Shown here: piece by piece, positions 19,754-29,469 of the stretch
Position numbering within the stretch: position 1 is the first letter of the stretch
Layout of the letters: the number at the start of each line of letters is the position of its first letter
Assembly: GCA_965262745.1 (NCBI GenBank)
Contig: OZ253558.1
Span: 1,623,735 to 1,687,734, forward strand
DNA from: Chloroflexota bacterium
Lineage (GTDB): Bacteria; Chloroflexota; UBA11872
Direction of reading: 5' to 3'
Length of the DNA stretch: 64,000 nt
Notes under the pieces: model-generated
What the model was told of the DNA's origin: nothing
What the model saw: only the letters and a program-made list of their open reading frames with translations
The model's database searches: none
Translations under genes and position numbers: made by a program

Positions 19754-21496
19754 ATGCGGCGACTTCGAGCAGGATTCGTCATCCTCATCGTGCTGGCGCT
19801 CACGGCATGCGGCGAGGCGGATAGTGGAGCCGAATCGCTAGAGCTCAACGACAGTTCGATGGCCGAGCCGGCGATGGCAATGGCTACCAGCGCGCCCAGG
19901 GCCGTGCGCGAGGTGGTCGAGGTCGAGGTCATCCGCGAGGTGCCGGTCGAGGTCATCAAAGAGGTGATGGTCGAGGTCGAGAAGGTTGTCGAGAAGTCCG
20001 TCTCGACAGAGTCGGCTGCCGCTGCCGCGCCGCAGTCGCTCGACGCCGGTGTGGTCGAGCGCCAGATCATCCGCACCGGCACGCTGAGCGTTGTCGTCAC
20101 CGATCTCGCTGCCGCGGTGACGCAGGTTCAGGACATAGTCGATGGCATCCCCGGGGCCTTTGTCGCCGCGTCCAACATCCAGCAGGACGACCCGCGGCGC
20201 GTGAGCACGATCACCGTGCGCGTCCCCGTCGCGACGTTCGACGCCACGCTCGCCGCCCTGCGCAACGTCGGCGCCGAGGTGATCGACGAAGACATCCGCA
20301 GCCAGGACGTCACGGCGCAGTACACCGACCTGACCGCCCGCCTGCGCAACGCCACCGCCGCGGAGCAGCAGCTGCTGGAGATTCTCACCCGCGCGGTAAG
20401 CGTGCAGGACACCATCGACGTGCAGCGCGAGCTCACCCAGGTGCGCGAGCGCATCGAGGTGCTCCAAGGCCAGCTCAATTTGCTGACCAACCAAACCTCG
20501 CTCGCCACGATCACGCTGCGCCTGCACCCAGCATCGGATCTGATCGTGACGCGCGAGACCCCAAGCCATTTCCAAATGCATGACCAAACCCACCTCGCCG
20601 TGACGGTGCGCAACGACGGCACCGTGGACCTGATGCAGGTGGAAATCGCTGACCGGCTGGACCCGGGCATGATCTTCTTGGCCGCTGGCGAGGGCGCCGT
20701 CTACGACGCAGCCGCCCACACGGTGCGGTGGACGATCGACCGTCTGAGGCCCGGCGAAGCGCGCTTCCTCGGCGCCGAGGTCCGCCTGGAGAGCGATGAG
20801 CCCGAGATGCAGGCACGCGCCGAGGTCTCGACATCGAGCCCGGAGGGTGACGCCGCCAACAACCGCGCCACGGCGACCCTGACGTTCCATGTGGACCTGG
20901 CCATCACCAAGGATGGCCCGCCCGCCGTGCCGATCGGTCGGGACGCCGCGTACGGCCTGGAGTTCCGCAACACCGGCAACACCGACGCCCGCAACGTGCG
21001 CCTGGAAGAACGCTTGTCCGACGGCATGCAGTTCGTGCGCGCGGATGGCGGCGGCCGATTTGACGCCGACCGCGGCATGATCGTATGGGAGTTTCCGCGG
21101 CTTGCGCCCGGGTCTGTCGACCGCGTGACCTACGTGGCGCGCGTGGAGGCCAGCGCGGGCCGTCTCCAAACCGACACCACGATCACATCCGACGAGCCGG
21201 ACCGCGCCGGCGTGGACAACACGACAACCACATTCCTCACCGTGTTGCCGGAGGACGTAGCCGACCGCGAGGTCTGGAGCCCCGGATCAACGGCTCGCGA
21301 GAGCGTCGATCGGCTGGGGCGCTTCGCCCAGTGGGCCGCCGACGCCGGGCTCACCATCGGCATCATCGGCGTGCCCGTCCTGGTCGTGCTGGCGATCCCC
21401 GTCCTGGCCGTCCGCGCGGTCCGGCGGCGCCGCCGCGCAGCCAATCGGGGAAGCGGCGTCAACGACGCCCCCTCCGGTAATACGCCGTCGGCGTGA
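19754..21496 (+). CDS. DUF4349 plus DUF11-repeat lipoprotein, tandem paralog 1
   Basis: Lipobox LALTACGE, DUF4349-like region (IIRTGTLSVVV..TARLRN), DUF11-type repeats, C-terminal TM anchor; the C-terminal tail is fused to a gyrA 3' remnant. Confidence 0.7.
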   Translation: MRRLRAGFVILIVLALTACGEADSGAESLELNDSSMAEPAMAMATSAPRAVREVVEVEVIREVPVEVIKEVMVEVEKVVEKSVSTESAAAAAPQSLDAGVVERQIIRTGTLSVVVTDLAAAVTQVQDIVDGIPGAFVAASNIQQDDPRRVSTITVRVPVATFDATLAALRNVGAEVIDEDIRSQDVTAQYTDLTARLRNATAAEQQLLEILTRAVSVQDTIDVQRELTQVRERIEVLQGQLNLLTNQTSLATITLRLHPASDLIVTRETPSHFQMHDQTHLAVTVRNDGTVDLMQVEIADRLDPGMIFLAAGEGAVYDAAAHTVRWTIDRLRPGEARFLGAEVRLESDEPEMQARAEVSTSSPEGDAANNRATATLTFHVDLAITKDGPPAVPIGRDAAYGLEFRNTGNTDARNVRLEERLSDGMQFVRADGGGRFDADRGMIVWEFPRLAPGSVDRVTYVARVEASAGRLQTDTTITSDEPDRAGVDNTTTTFLTVLPEDVADREVWSPGSTARESVDRLGRFAQWAADAGLTIGIIGVPVLVVLAIPVLAVRAVRRRRRAANRGSGVNDAPSGNTPSA

Positions 21497-21705
21497 TCGT
21501 GATGCGTCTGACGGAGAAGGTGAACCAGCCGCGCCTGGCCCGGCGGGCCGTCGGCCGCGACGGAGAACGGCAGAGCCAGACCCCAGCGTCCTGACCGATC
21601 TGCCGCCGACCGCGGCAAAGTTCCTGATCGGACAGGGAACGTTTCATCTCCGCCGTGCGTATTATCAAGTACCAGACCATGCTCGAAAGCCATTGGGAGT
21701 TCACC

Positions 21706-23481
21706 ATGCGGCGGAATGGCCACCGGGAAATCACTTTGCGGCGCTGTCGAGCAGGATTTGTCGCCCTCGCCATCGGCGCGCTGACGCTTGGGGCGTGCGG
21801 TGAGGCTGAAGTCGTCGAAAAGATGGTGACGGTGACCATCACTGAGGTCAAGGAAGTCATCAAGGAAGTTCCGGTCGAGACGGTGGTCACCAGGGAGGTC
21901 ATCAAGGAAGTGGCGGTTGAGACGGTGGTCATGCAGGAGGTGGCGGTCGAGAAGGAGGTCATCCGAGAGGTGGCGGTTGAGAAGCTGGTGACGGCGCCCT
22001 CATCCGCGTCGTCTGGCGCACTTCCCGAGGGCGCACGGCCGGCACTCACGGCCCTCGTGGCCGAGCGCCACATCATCCGCACCGGCACGCTCAGCATGGT
22101 GGTCAACGATCTCCCGGTCGCCGTGACGCAGATTCGAGAGATCGTGGCCAGCGTTCCGGGTGCGTTCATCGCCTCGTCCAACGTCCAGCGTGACGATCCC
22201 GATCGGACGAGCACCATGACGGTGCGGATCCCCTCCCAGGCGTTCGATCCCGCGCTCACCGCGCTGCGCAGCATTGGCGCCGAGGTGATCGACGAAGACA
22301 TCCGCAGCCAGGACGTTACCGAGCAGTACACCGATTTGGCCGCCCGTTTGCGCAACGCCAAGGTGACCGAGGAGCGACTGCTGGACATCCTCGGCCGCGC
22401 GAAAGACGTCGAGGAGACGCTCAACGTCGAGGCCGAAGTCGCCAAGGTTCGCGAACGCATCGAGTTGCTCCAAGGCCAATTGAATGTGCTGACAAACCAG
22501 ACGTCGCTGGCAACGCTCGTGATGCAACTGCATACGGTGGCCGACCTGATCCTCGAGCGCGAAGCCGTGCTTAACTTCCAGATGCATGACCGCACCCAGC
22601 TTGGTCTGACGGTGTACAACCAAGGCACGGTGGAGCTTGCTGAGGTCAAGGTCGTGGACCGGCTGGATCCGGGCATGATCTTCGTGAACGCCGACGAAGG
22701 CTTCACCTTCGACGACACTTCCAACACGGTCTCGTGGACCATCGACCGGCTGGGTGCGGGCCACTCGCTCACCCTCCGCACGGAAGTGAGGCTGGAGAGC
22801 GACGGGCGCGACATGGAAGCGCGCGCCGAGGTCTCGACGGCCAGCCCGGAGCGTGACCCCACCAACAATAGCGCCGTCACCAAGCTGAGATTCCACGTGG
22901 ATCTGGCCGTCGAAAAGGACGGCGGGACGGTGGTGACCAGCGGTGAGGACATCTCGTACAGCGTTGATTTCAGGAATTCCGGGAACACCGACGCCCGCAA
23001 CGTGCGCCTGGAAGAACGCCTGCCCGAGGGCATGGCGTTAGTGCGCGCGAGTGGCGCCGGCCGCTATGACGCCGGCCGAAACGCGATCGTATGGGAGTTT
23101 CCGCGGCTCGCACCGGGGTTTGGCGACCGCGTGAGCTACGTGGCCCGCGTGGAGACGGACTCGGGCCATCCCCGAGTCGACACGACGATCACGTCGGACG
23201 AGCCTGAACGCGTCGGCGTGGACAACTCGACGACCACTTTCCTAACCGTGTTGCCGGAACCGGAGCCGACGCCGGAGCCGACACCGGAGCCGGTGCCCGA
23301 GCCCGAACTCTGGGACCCCGGTTTAGCGGCTCGCGAAAGCGCCGATCGGCTAGGGAAGTTCGGGCAGTGGGTCTCGGATACCGTGGTGACCGTTGGCATC
23401 ATCGGCGGACCCATCGTGGCCGTGCTGGGGGTCATCGCCGGGGCGGCCTACGCGGTCAGGCGGCGCTGGCGCAGGGCCTAG
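21706..23481 (+). CDS. DUF4349 plus DUF11-repeat lipoprotein, tandem paralog 2
   Basis: Same architecture as paralog 1 (lipobox LTLGACGE); ATG at 21706 preceded by GGGAG. Confidence 0.7.
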   Translation: MRRNGHREITLRRCRAGFVALAIGALTLGACGEAEVVEKMVTVTITEVKEVIKEVPVETVVTREVIKEVAVETVVMQEVAVEKEVIREVAVEKLVTAPSSASSGALPEGARPALTALVAERHIIRTGTLSMVVNDLPVAVTQIREIVASVPGAFIASSNVQRDDPDRTSTMTVRIPSQAFDPALTALRSIGAEVIDEDIRSQDVTEQYTDLAARLRNAKVTEERLLDILGRAKDVEETLNVEAEVAKVRERIELLQGQLNVLTNQTSLATLVMQLHTVADLILEREAVLNFQMHDRTQLGLTVYNQGTVELAEVKVVDRLDPGMIFVNADEGFTFDDTSNTVSWTIDRLGAGHSLTLRTEVRLESDGRDMEARAEVSTASPERDPTNNSAVTKLRFHVDLAVEKDGGTVVTSGEDISYSVDFRNSGNTDARNVRLEERLPEGMALVRASGAGRYDAGRNAIVWEFPRLAPGFGDRVSYVARVETDSGHPRVDTTITSDEPERVGVDNSTTTFLTVLPEPEPTPEPTPEPVPEPELWDPGLAARESADRLGKFGQWVSDTVVTVGIIGGPIVAVLGVIAGAAYAVRRRWRRA

Positions 23482-24269
23482 CTCGAGGCGCTGGTGTAGC
23501 GGCTGAGGCCGAGGCTCCAGAATCGCGTGGCCGCCAGCACTGCGGTGACGGCGATCACGGGAGCTGCCCACACGAGCCACGACGGGTCGCGCCCGGTCAC
23601 CACCTGCGCCGGGATCGTCGTGACAAACGCCACCGGGAACACGAAGGTCAAGAGTTGACGCAGCCAGAACGGGTAGACCTCGATCGGGTAGCGTCCGGTT
23701 TGGAAGAAGAGATTGAAGATCATCGTCACGTTGGCCACGCGCACGAACCAGAACACAAGCGTGGTCAGCGCCAGCCAGATGGCGTAGACGATCGCCACGC
23801 CGCAAATCAGCAATCCCACGAACAGCAGCACGCCCCAGCCCGAGACGTGGGTTTCGAGGCCAAGGAGCGCCACGGTGAGGACGATGGCGCCGAGCACGAT
23901 GTCCGATACGTGCCAGACGGCAAAGCGCCGGGCGCTGGCCAGGAACAGGGCCGGCACCGGTTTCATGAGCACGTAGTCGAACGTGCCGTCGCGGACTTCC
24001 TCGACGACCCGGTTAAGGCTTGGCGACATGAACATCGCCACAAAGCCGTTCACAAAAACGAATATCCCCAGCAGCGACATCGTCTGTCCCAGCGTCCAGC
24101 CGCCGAGCGTTTCCGTGTGCGCAAAGATCACGGCCACGCTGCCGATGGCGGTGCCCAGGTTGAGCACGCTGCGGATCACGTTGCCAAGCAAGTCGCCCCG
24201 GTAGGCGAATTCTTCCTGGAGCGCCGAGCGAAAGAAGGCGCCGGCGATCCGGGCGAGCCGCCCGATCAC
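23478..24269 (-). CDS. ABC-2 family transporter permease
   Basis: Six predicted TM helices of the ABC-2 type; GTG start at 24269 overlaps the upstream stop (GTGA). Confidence 0.65.
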   Translation of the reverse strand: MIGRLARIAGAFFRSALQEEFAYRGDLLGNVIRSVLNLGTAIGSVAVIFAHTETLGGWTLGQTMSLLGIFVFVNGFVAMFMSPSLNRVVEEVRDGTFDYVLMKPVPALFLASARRFAVWHVSDIVLGAIVLTVALLGLETHVSGWGVLLFVGLLICGVAIVYAIWLALTTLVFWFVRVANVTMIFNLFFQTGRYPIEVYPFWLRQLLTFVFPVAFVTTIPAQVVTGRDPSWLVWAAPVIAVTAVLAATRFWSLGLSRYTSASS

Positions 24270-25069
24270 GCGCCCACCGCCGCATAGCGCTTGACGCCGG
24301 CCCGCCAGAGCAGCACGAATGCCGTCGCCGCCGCCACGGTCCAGCCGGCCTGGATGGCCAGTCCCGCGGCGAGCTCCACACCCTGGACCCGGCCGAGCGC
24401 CACCTCGATCGGGAAACCGACCGTATAGCGCATTGGCAGCACCATGGCGGCTTGCTGCAGCAGGCCGGGAAGCACGGCAACGGGCGCGACCTGCCCGCCG
24501 AGCAAGAGGGTGAGACTTATCCAGATATCCCAGAAGGACATGGAGCGCGTGGTCCAAAACGCCAGCATGGCGAAGCACGAGCCGACAAGGAATGACATCA
24601 CCGCCGCCATGACCATGGACGGCGCGAAGAGCGCGATCCCCACCCAGTCCGGATCGAAGGCGGGGCGGAGAATCAGCGCCAAGCCGACCCAGATCGGGAT
24701 CAGAAACATCAGATTCACGGCCTTGTAGGCCAGGTTGAGCGCCCCCGCGCGCCAGAACGGATGCAGCGGCCTGAGCATGTGCGCGGAGAGCCTGCCGGTC
24801 TGGATCGTCGGCGCCATCGTGTAGACCTCGATCGCCAAGGTGAGGTGCGAGACGGCCATGAAGACGAGGTAGTAGAGGACGAAGTCGTCGCGGCCATAGC
24901 CGGCAATGGTTCCGTCGCCGACCACCGTGGACCAGATGACCAGGTAGATGATGGGATTCACCACCTGCCAGAGGCCGTAGAGGAACATCTCGATGCGGTA
25001 CTGGAAAAGGTCCGCCAGCTCCGCCCTGAGCAGCGCCGCAAAGCCCGCCAGCGTGCGCGAGCGCATCAC
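24266..25069 (-). CDS. ABC-2 family transporter permease
   Basis: Polytopic membrane protein; start overlaps the ATPase stop by 4 bp. Confidence 0.7.
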   Translation of the reverse strand: MMRSRTLAGFAALLRAELADLFQYRIEMFLYGLWQVVNPIIYLVIWSTVVGDGTIAGYGRDDFVLYYLVFMAVSHLTLAIEVYTMAPTIQTGRLSAHMLRPLHPFWRAGALNLAYKAVNLMFLIPIWVGLALILRPAFDPDWVGIALFAPSMVMAAVMSFLVGSCFAMLAFWTTRSMSFWDIWISLTLLLGGQVAPVAVLPGLLQQAAMVLPMRYTVGFPIEVALGRVQGVELAAGLAIQAGWTVAAATAFVLLWRAGVKRYAAVGA

Positions 25070-26049
25070 GACTCGCGCCGGTGAAACACCTGGTCGATGA
25101 CGTACTCCAGGGGAGGGTCCTCGACGCTGAGATCGGTCACCGGCAGCTCAGCCAGCAACCGGGCCGTGACGGCCGCCGCCTTGGCTTTGTCGGTCCGAAG
25201 CTGGATCTGCACGTCGTCCGCGGCGACGACTTCGCCGTAGGCCGAGACGTCCGCGCGGTCGATGGGGCGTTCCAGATGCAGGGTGATCGTTTTGTGCGGG
25301 GCGTAGCGGTCGATGAGGCCCGTGAGCAGGCCGTCATAGAGGAGCTTGCCGCGGTCGATCACGACCACGCGCTCGGCCAGCGCCTTCACATCAGCCATGT
25401 AGTGGCTGGTGAGCAGAATGGTGGCACCGGTGGTGGCGTTGTAGCGCATGACGAAATCGCGAATGCGTTGCTGCATCGTCACGTCAAGCCCGATGGTCGG
25501 CTCGTCGAGAAACAGCACGCGAGGGCGGTGCAACAGACCGGCCGCCAGCTCGGCCTTCATGCGCTCACCGAGTGAGAGCTGGCGCACGGGCTTCGTGAGC
25601 AGCGAATCGAGATCGAGCAGATCGACGAGCAGGTCGAGCGACTCCTGGTACGCGGCGTCGCGCAGTCCAAACACGGCCTTGTTGACCAGGAACGTGTCCA
25701 TGGCCGGCAGGTCCCAGTAGAGCTGCTGGCGCTGCCCCATGATGAGCGTGATCGCGGAGAGGAACTCGCGCCGCCGTTCCCACGGGGTGAAGTCCAGCAC
25801 GGTCGCCTCGCCGGCCGTCGGGTGCAGGAGCCCGCTCAACAACTTGAGCGCCGTCGTCTTCCCCGCGCCGTTGGGTCCCAGGAATCCGACGATCTCGCCG
25901 GGCTGCATGTCGAAGGTGATGTCGTCGACGGCGCGTACGATCCGATGGCGGCGGCGCACGACGCTGCGCAACGACGCCCGCAGGCCGCCTTCACGGTCGG
26001 CGACCTGATAGTGCTTGACCAAATTGCGGACACGAATATCGGCGGTCAT
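25066..26049 (-). CDS. ABC transporter ATP-binding protein
   Basis: Walker A GPNGAGKTT, signature LSLGERMK, Walker B LFLDEPT. Confidence 0.9.
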   Translation of the reverse strand: MTADIRVRNLVKHYQVADREGGLRASLRSVVRRRHRIVRAVDDITFDMQPGEIVGFLGPNGAGKTTALKLLSGLLHPTAGEATVLDFTPWERRREFLSAITLIMGQRQQLYWDLPAMDTFLVNKAVFGLRDAAYQESLDLLVDLLDLDSLLTKPVRQLSLGERMKAELAAGLLHRPRVLFLDEPTIGLDVTMQQRIRDFVMRYNATTGATILLTSHYMADVKALAERVVVIDRGKLLYDGLLTGLIDRYAPHKTITLHLERPIDRADVSAYGEVVAADDVQIQLRTDKAKAAAVTARLLAELPVTDLSVEDPPLEYVIDQVFHRRES

Positions 26050-26124
26050 GCGGAATCACGGGGCGCGCGGCTCCCGAGCCTAGCGCCTCATGTCTCGCCC
26101 CCAGATCAGACCGGGACGCCCGTA

Positions 26125-26147
26125 CCCGGCACCGCGGCGGTGCCGGG
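26125..26147 (-). terminator. GC-rich hairpin downstream of the NHL-repeat gene
   Basis: CCCGGCACC-gcggc-GGTGCCGGG, 9-bp stem; no U-tract. Confidence 0.3.
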
Positions 26148-26160
26148 TCCTCATGCGCCG

Positions 26161-27012
26161 TTAGCGCGCGGGTACGTATTTGTGCAGGTAGCTGTCTCCG
26201 CCAACTTCGGCCACGTACACCGCGCCTTGATCGTCGACCCAGATTCCGTGCGGCCCGCCGATCCGATCCGGCGCCCGGTCCTCGGCCCAGCGAGTGATCA
26301 CCTTGCCGTCAAAATCCAGAATCGTGACGCCGCGATTGAGCTCGGATACGAAAATGGCGCCACGGTCCTCGTCAACGTAGAAGTCGCTCGGCAACGGGAT
26401 ATCGCCCCACTCGGTGATATAGACGCCGTCGGGATCGAAGACCTGGATGCGGTCGTTCTCGCGATCGGCCACCAGCACCCGGTTATCCGGGAGCACCCAG
26501 ATTCCGTGCGGCAGCGCGAATTGGCCAGGGCCGTTGCCTGGCTCGCCCCAGGTGACGGCATGCCGTCCGTCGGGATCGAATCGGTGGCACTTCGTATCGC
26601 CGTAGCCGTCGGACACGAAAATGGTGCCATCGGGCGTGACATAGGTGTTCGTGGGCTGATTGAACAGTCCCGCGGACGCGCTGGTGACGTACGGATAGCC
26701 CAGCCGACCCTTCAGCGTGCCGTCCGTGCCGTAGATCCACACCACGTGCGCGTGCTGGTCGGTCAACCAGAGCTGCTCATGCCGATCCAGGAACACACCG
26801 TGGGCATAGCAGAGCTCGGCGTCGCCCCAATGGCCGATGACCTCACCCTCCCGCCCAATGACCGTCATGGGACGGGTGCCGCGATTGAAGCAGTACACGC
26901 GGCCCAGGCGGTCCGTGGCGATGCTGCCGATCCAGCCGAGGTACCAGTCGGGCGGGAGCTTGAGCCAGCCGTCCACGTAGTCGTAGGTAAATTCGCCGGA
27001 CCCAACACGCAT
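26161..27012 (-). CDS. NHL-repeat six-bladed beta-propeller protein
   Basis: Repeated aromatic/Gly-rich NHL-type blades; start set at MRVGSGEF (ATG 27012) inside the longer track ORF. Confidence 0.65.
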   Translation of the reverse strand: MRVGSGEFTYDYVDGWLKLPPDWYLGWIGSIATDRLGRVYCFNRGTRPMTVIGREGEVIGHWGDAELCYAHGVFLDRHEQLWLTDQHAHVVWIYGTDGTLKGRLGYPYVTSASAGLFNQPTNTYVTPDGTIFVSDGYGDTKCHRFDPDGRHAVTWGEPGNGPGQFALPHGIWVLPDNRVLVADRENDRIQVFDPDGVYITEWGDIPLPSDFYVDEDRGAIFVSELNRGVTILDFDGKVITRWAEDRAPDRIGGPHGIWVDDQGAVYVAEVGGDSYLHKYVPAR

Positions 27013-27302
27013 GCCGTTCTCCGAAAGCCGTCGCCACCGTGCGCAGCGTAGCGGGTCCGCAATCTGCCGTCTCCAGCCATGCCAGTGTGCCCTTCGCCAC
27101 GGTGCCGCGAGGCGCCTGCACATAAGGTTGGAATGCACATGTTGGCCGCCCAGGCGGGGCGGCTCGGCAGTTGGAGGTTCGTGGTGAAGAAGACGGTAGC
27201 GGTGCTGGTTCTGGCGATCGCGGCCGCGGTGCCGCTCGTCGTGCGGCATCTACGTCGCGGATCGGAGACCGAGGTCTCGGCCTCGGCCTAGCGATCAGCG
27301 CA

Positions 27303-27332
27303 GGCCCGGGCGGCGCTCGCGCCGCCCGGGCC
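27303..27332 (+). terminator. Perfect 14-bp-stem hairpin followed by a T-rich tract
   Basis: GGCCCGGGCGGCGC-tc-GCGCCGCCCGGGCC then TTCTTGGTG. Confidence 0.35.
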
Positions 27333-27414
27333 TTCTTGGTGCGTCGAGCCGAATCGCGAACAAGGCGTCCAAGGACTTATCCTTAGTAGATCGCAATTCT
27401 CAACGGACAAGCAA

Positions 27415-28257
27415 ATGTTCCAGACCATCGGGCGTACGTGGGAGCTCATCAAGATGAGCTGGGCGGTCCTAAAGCAGGACCGTGAGTTGGTGCTGTTTCC
27501 CGTCATGTCGGCGGGGGCGCTGGCGATCCTCGCCGGGCTGATGTTTGGAATCGGGTCCAGCCTCGGGACCGTGGATCGCCTGTCAGCGGCTGAACCTACC
27601 GCCGGCGAGGCCGATATCGTGCTGCTCGCCGTGACGTACTTCGTGCTGGCGTTCGTGGTCATCTATTTCAACTCGGCGCTCATTGGCGCCGCGATGATCC
27701 GATTGGCCGGCGGCGACCCAACCGTCGGAGACGGCCTGCGAATGGCCAACAAGCGCCTCCCGCAGATCCTGGGATGGGCGCTCATCTCGGCGACCGTCGG
27801 ACTCATCCTGCAGCTCCTCCGCAATCAGTCGCGCGACAACATGGTTGCGCAGATCGTGCTCGGGCTGGTCGGTGGCGTCTGGGCCTATCTCACGTACTTC
27901 GTCGTACCGATTCTGGTCGCGGAAGGCCTGGGACCGATTGGCGCGATCCGGAGTTCGGGATCACTGTTCAAACGCACCTGGGGCGAGCAGGTCACGTCAA
28001 ATGTCGGCTTCGGCATTCTCGGGATTGTCGCCGTGCTGATTGGCGCCCTGCCCGCCGTTCTCGTAGCCGCGGTCAGCATTCCTGCCGGCATCGCGGTGGC
28101 CGTGGTAACGGTGGGGCTCGCCCTGGCGATCGTGAGCACACTGGAGGGTATTTTCAAGGCTGCCCTCTACGGCTATGTAGCGGATGGACGCGTCCCCGAG
28201 CAGTTCACGCGCGACTCGCTGGCGGGGGCCTACCAGCCCAAGACAGGGCGCATGTAG
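27415..28257 (+). CDS. Polytopic integral membrane protein of unknown function
   Basis: 280-aa ORF with about six hydrophobic helices. Confidence 0.5.
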   Translation: MFQTIGRTWELIKMSWAVLKQDRELVLFPVMSAGALAILAGLMFGIGSSLGTVDRLSAAEPTAGEADIVLLAVTYFVLAFVVIYFNSALIGAAMIRLAGGDPTVGDGLRMANKRLPQILGWALISATVGLILQLLRNQSRDNMVAQIVLGLVGGVWAYLTYFVVPILVAEGLGPIGAIRSSGSLFKRTWGEQVTSNVGFGILGIVAVLIGALPAVLVAAVSIPAGIAVAVVTVGLALAIVSTLEGIFKAALYGYVADGRVPEQFTRDSLAGAYQPKTGRM

Positions 28258-28359
28258 GCCAAGCTCGTTCCCGAATGTAAGTTGGTACTCTTTAAAGTGC
28301 GGGCAGGGCCGGATACCATCGTGCTCGGTCACGCATGCGGGATGCAGGAGTAAACGGTC

Positions 28360-29409
28360 TTGGCGGAAGGTCCACGCTTCAGTCGGCGCCGGCTGCACGC
28401 ACTAGCAGCCGGCAGTCTCGCCGTCGCAGCCGGCGGCTTGGTGACATCCGCCGCTGCCGAAGGCCCGGACGAGTCGGCCGCGCAAACGGTCTACGCCTCC
28501 GAAACCGGCCACCACATGACTGGTCCCATTTTCAACTGGTGGCTGCAATACGGGCGCGAATCGGAAATTGGATGGCCGGTCACCGAGCCGCTGCCGTACG
28601 GCAGGGAGACGCTGCAGTATTTCGAGCGCGGTGCGCTGCTCACCTACGCCTCGGCGCAGGATCCGCTCGGCGTCGTTCCGTTGAACCTGGGAACGGCCTG
28701 GGCTCTGCAACAACAAACAGCGGATCAACCGCACGACTACGAGTGGTGGTTTCCACAGTCCGAGCGTGGCGTGCATCCGGCGTTCTGGGAGTCGTTCCGG
28801 GAGCGCGGCGGCGCCTTCACGTTTGGCTTCCCCATCCTTTGGGGCGCAGAGACTACCAGCGGGTTCCGCCAGCCCTTCAGCCGCGCGCTCTGGCGGGATA
28901 GCTCCCAAGGCCTGGTCCAAGATCCGGTGGGCGTCTACGTCGCCCGGGCTCGCAGCATAGGCATGGCCCGCGTCCGGCAGTCGCGACTGGCGCCGTCCTA
29001 CGATCCAGCGCACTGGCCGGCGCGGCCCACCTACGGATCAGACCGCCGCGCGGAGGTCGATCTCACCCGGCAAATCACCACGTTCTACGCCGCCGATCAA
29101 CCGGTCTACCGGGCGCTGATTTCAACCGGGTTGCCGCCTGACTTCACGCCGGCAGGGGACTACAACATCTTCTGGCGGATCGAGCGCGCGCGCTTGATAT
29201 CCAACGGCAGCACGGTGAAAACGTACGACGTGCCCAACGTGCTTCACGTGCAGTACTTCACCCGTGAGTGGATCGGGTTCCACTACGCCTATTGGCACGA
29301 CGCCTTCGGCAGCGTGCAGAGCGCCGGGTGCGTGAACATGCGGCTCCACGACTCCGAGTGGGCGTGGGACTTTTGTGCGAATGGCACGCAAGTAGTCGTG
29401 CACGAGTAG
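28360..29409 (+). CDS. L,D-transpeptidase family protein
   Basis: Tat-like signal (RRRLHALAAGSLAVAAG) and YkuD catalytic motif HYAYWHD..GSVQSAGCVNM. Confidence 0.8.
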   Translation: MAEGPRFSRRRLHALAAGSLAVAAGGLVTSAAAEGPDESAAQTVYASETGHHMTGPIFNWWLQYGRESEIGWPVTEPLPYGRETLQYFERGALLTYASAQDPLGVVPLNLGTAWALQQQTADQPHDYEWWFPQSERGVHPAFWESFRERGGAFTFGFPILWGAETTSGFRQPFSRALWRDSSQGLVQDPVGVYVARARSIGMARVRQSRLAPSYDPAHWPARPTYGSDRRAEVDLTRQITTFYAADQPVYRALISTGLPPDFTPAGDYNIFWRIERARLISNGSTVKTYDVPNVLHVQYFTREWIGFHYAYWHDAFGSVQSAGCVNMRLHDSEWAWDFCANGTQVVVHE

Positions 29410-29469
29410 CGCTCGTCCGAATGCGCCGGCCGCAGCAGAGGCCGTCGCGACGACACTAGCCGCCGCCTC

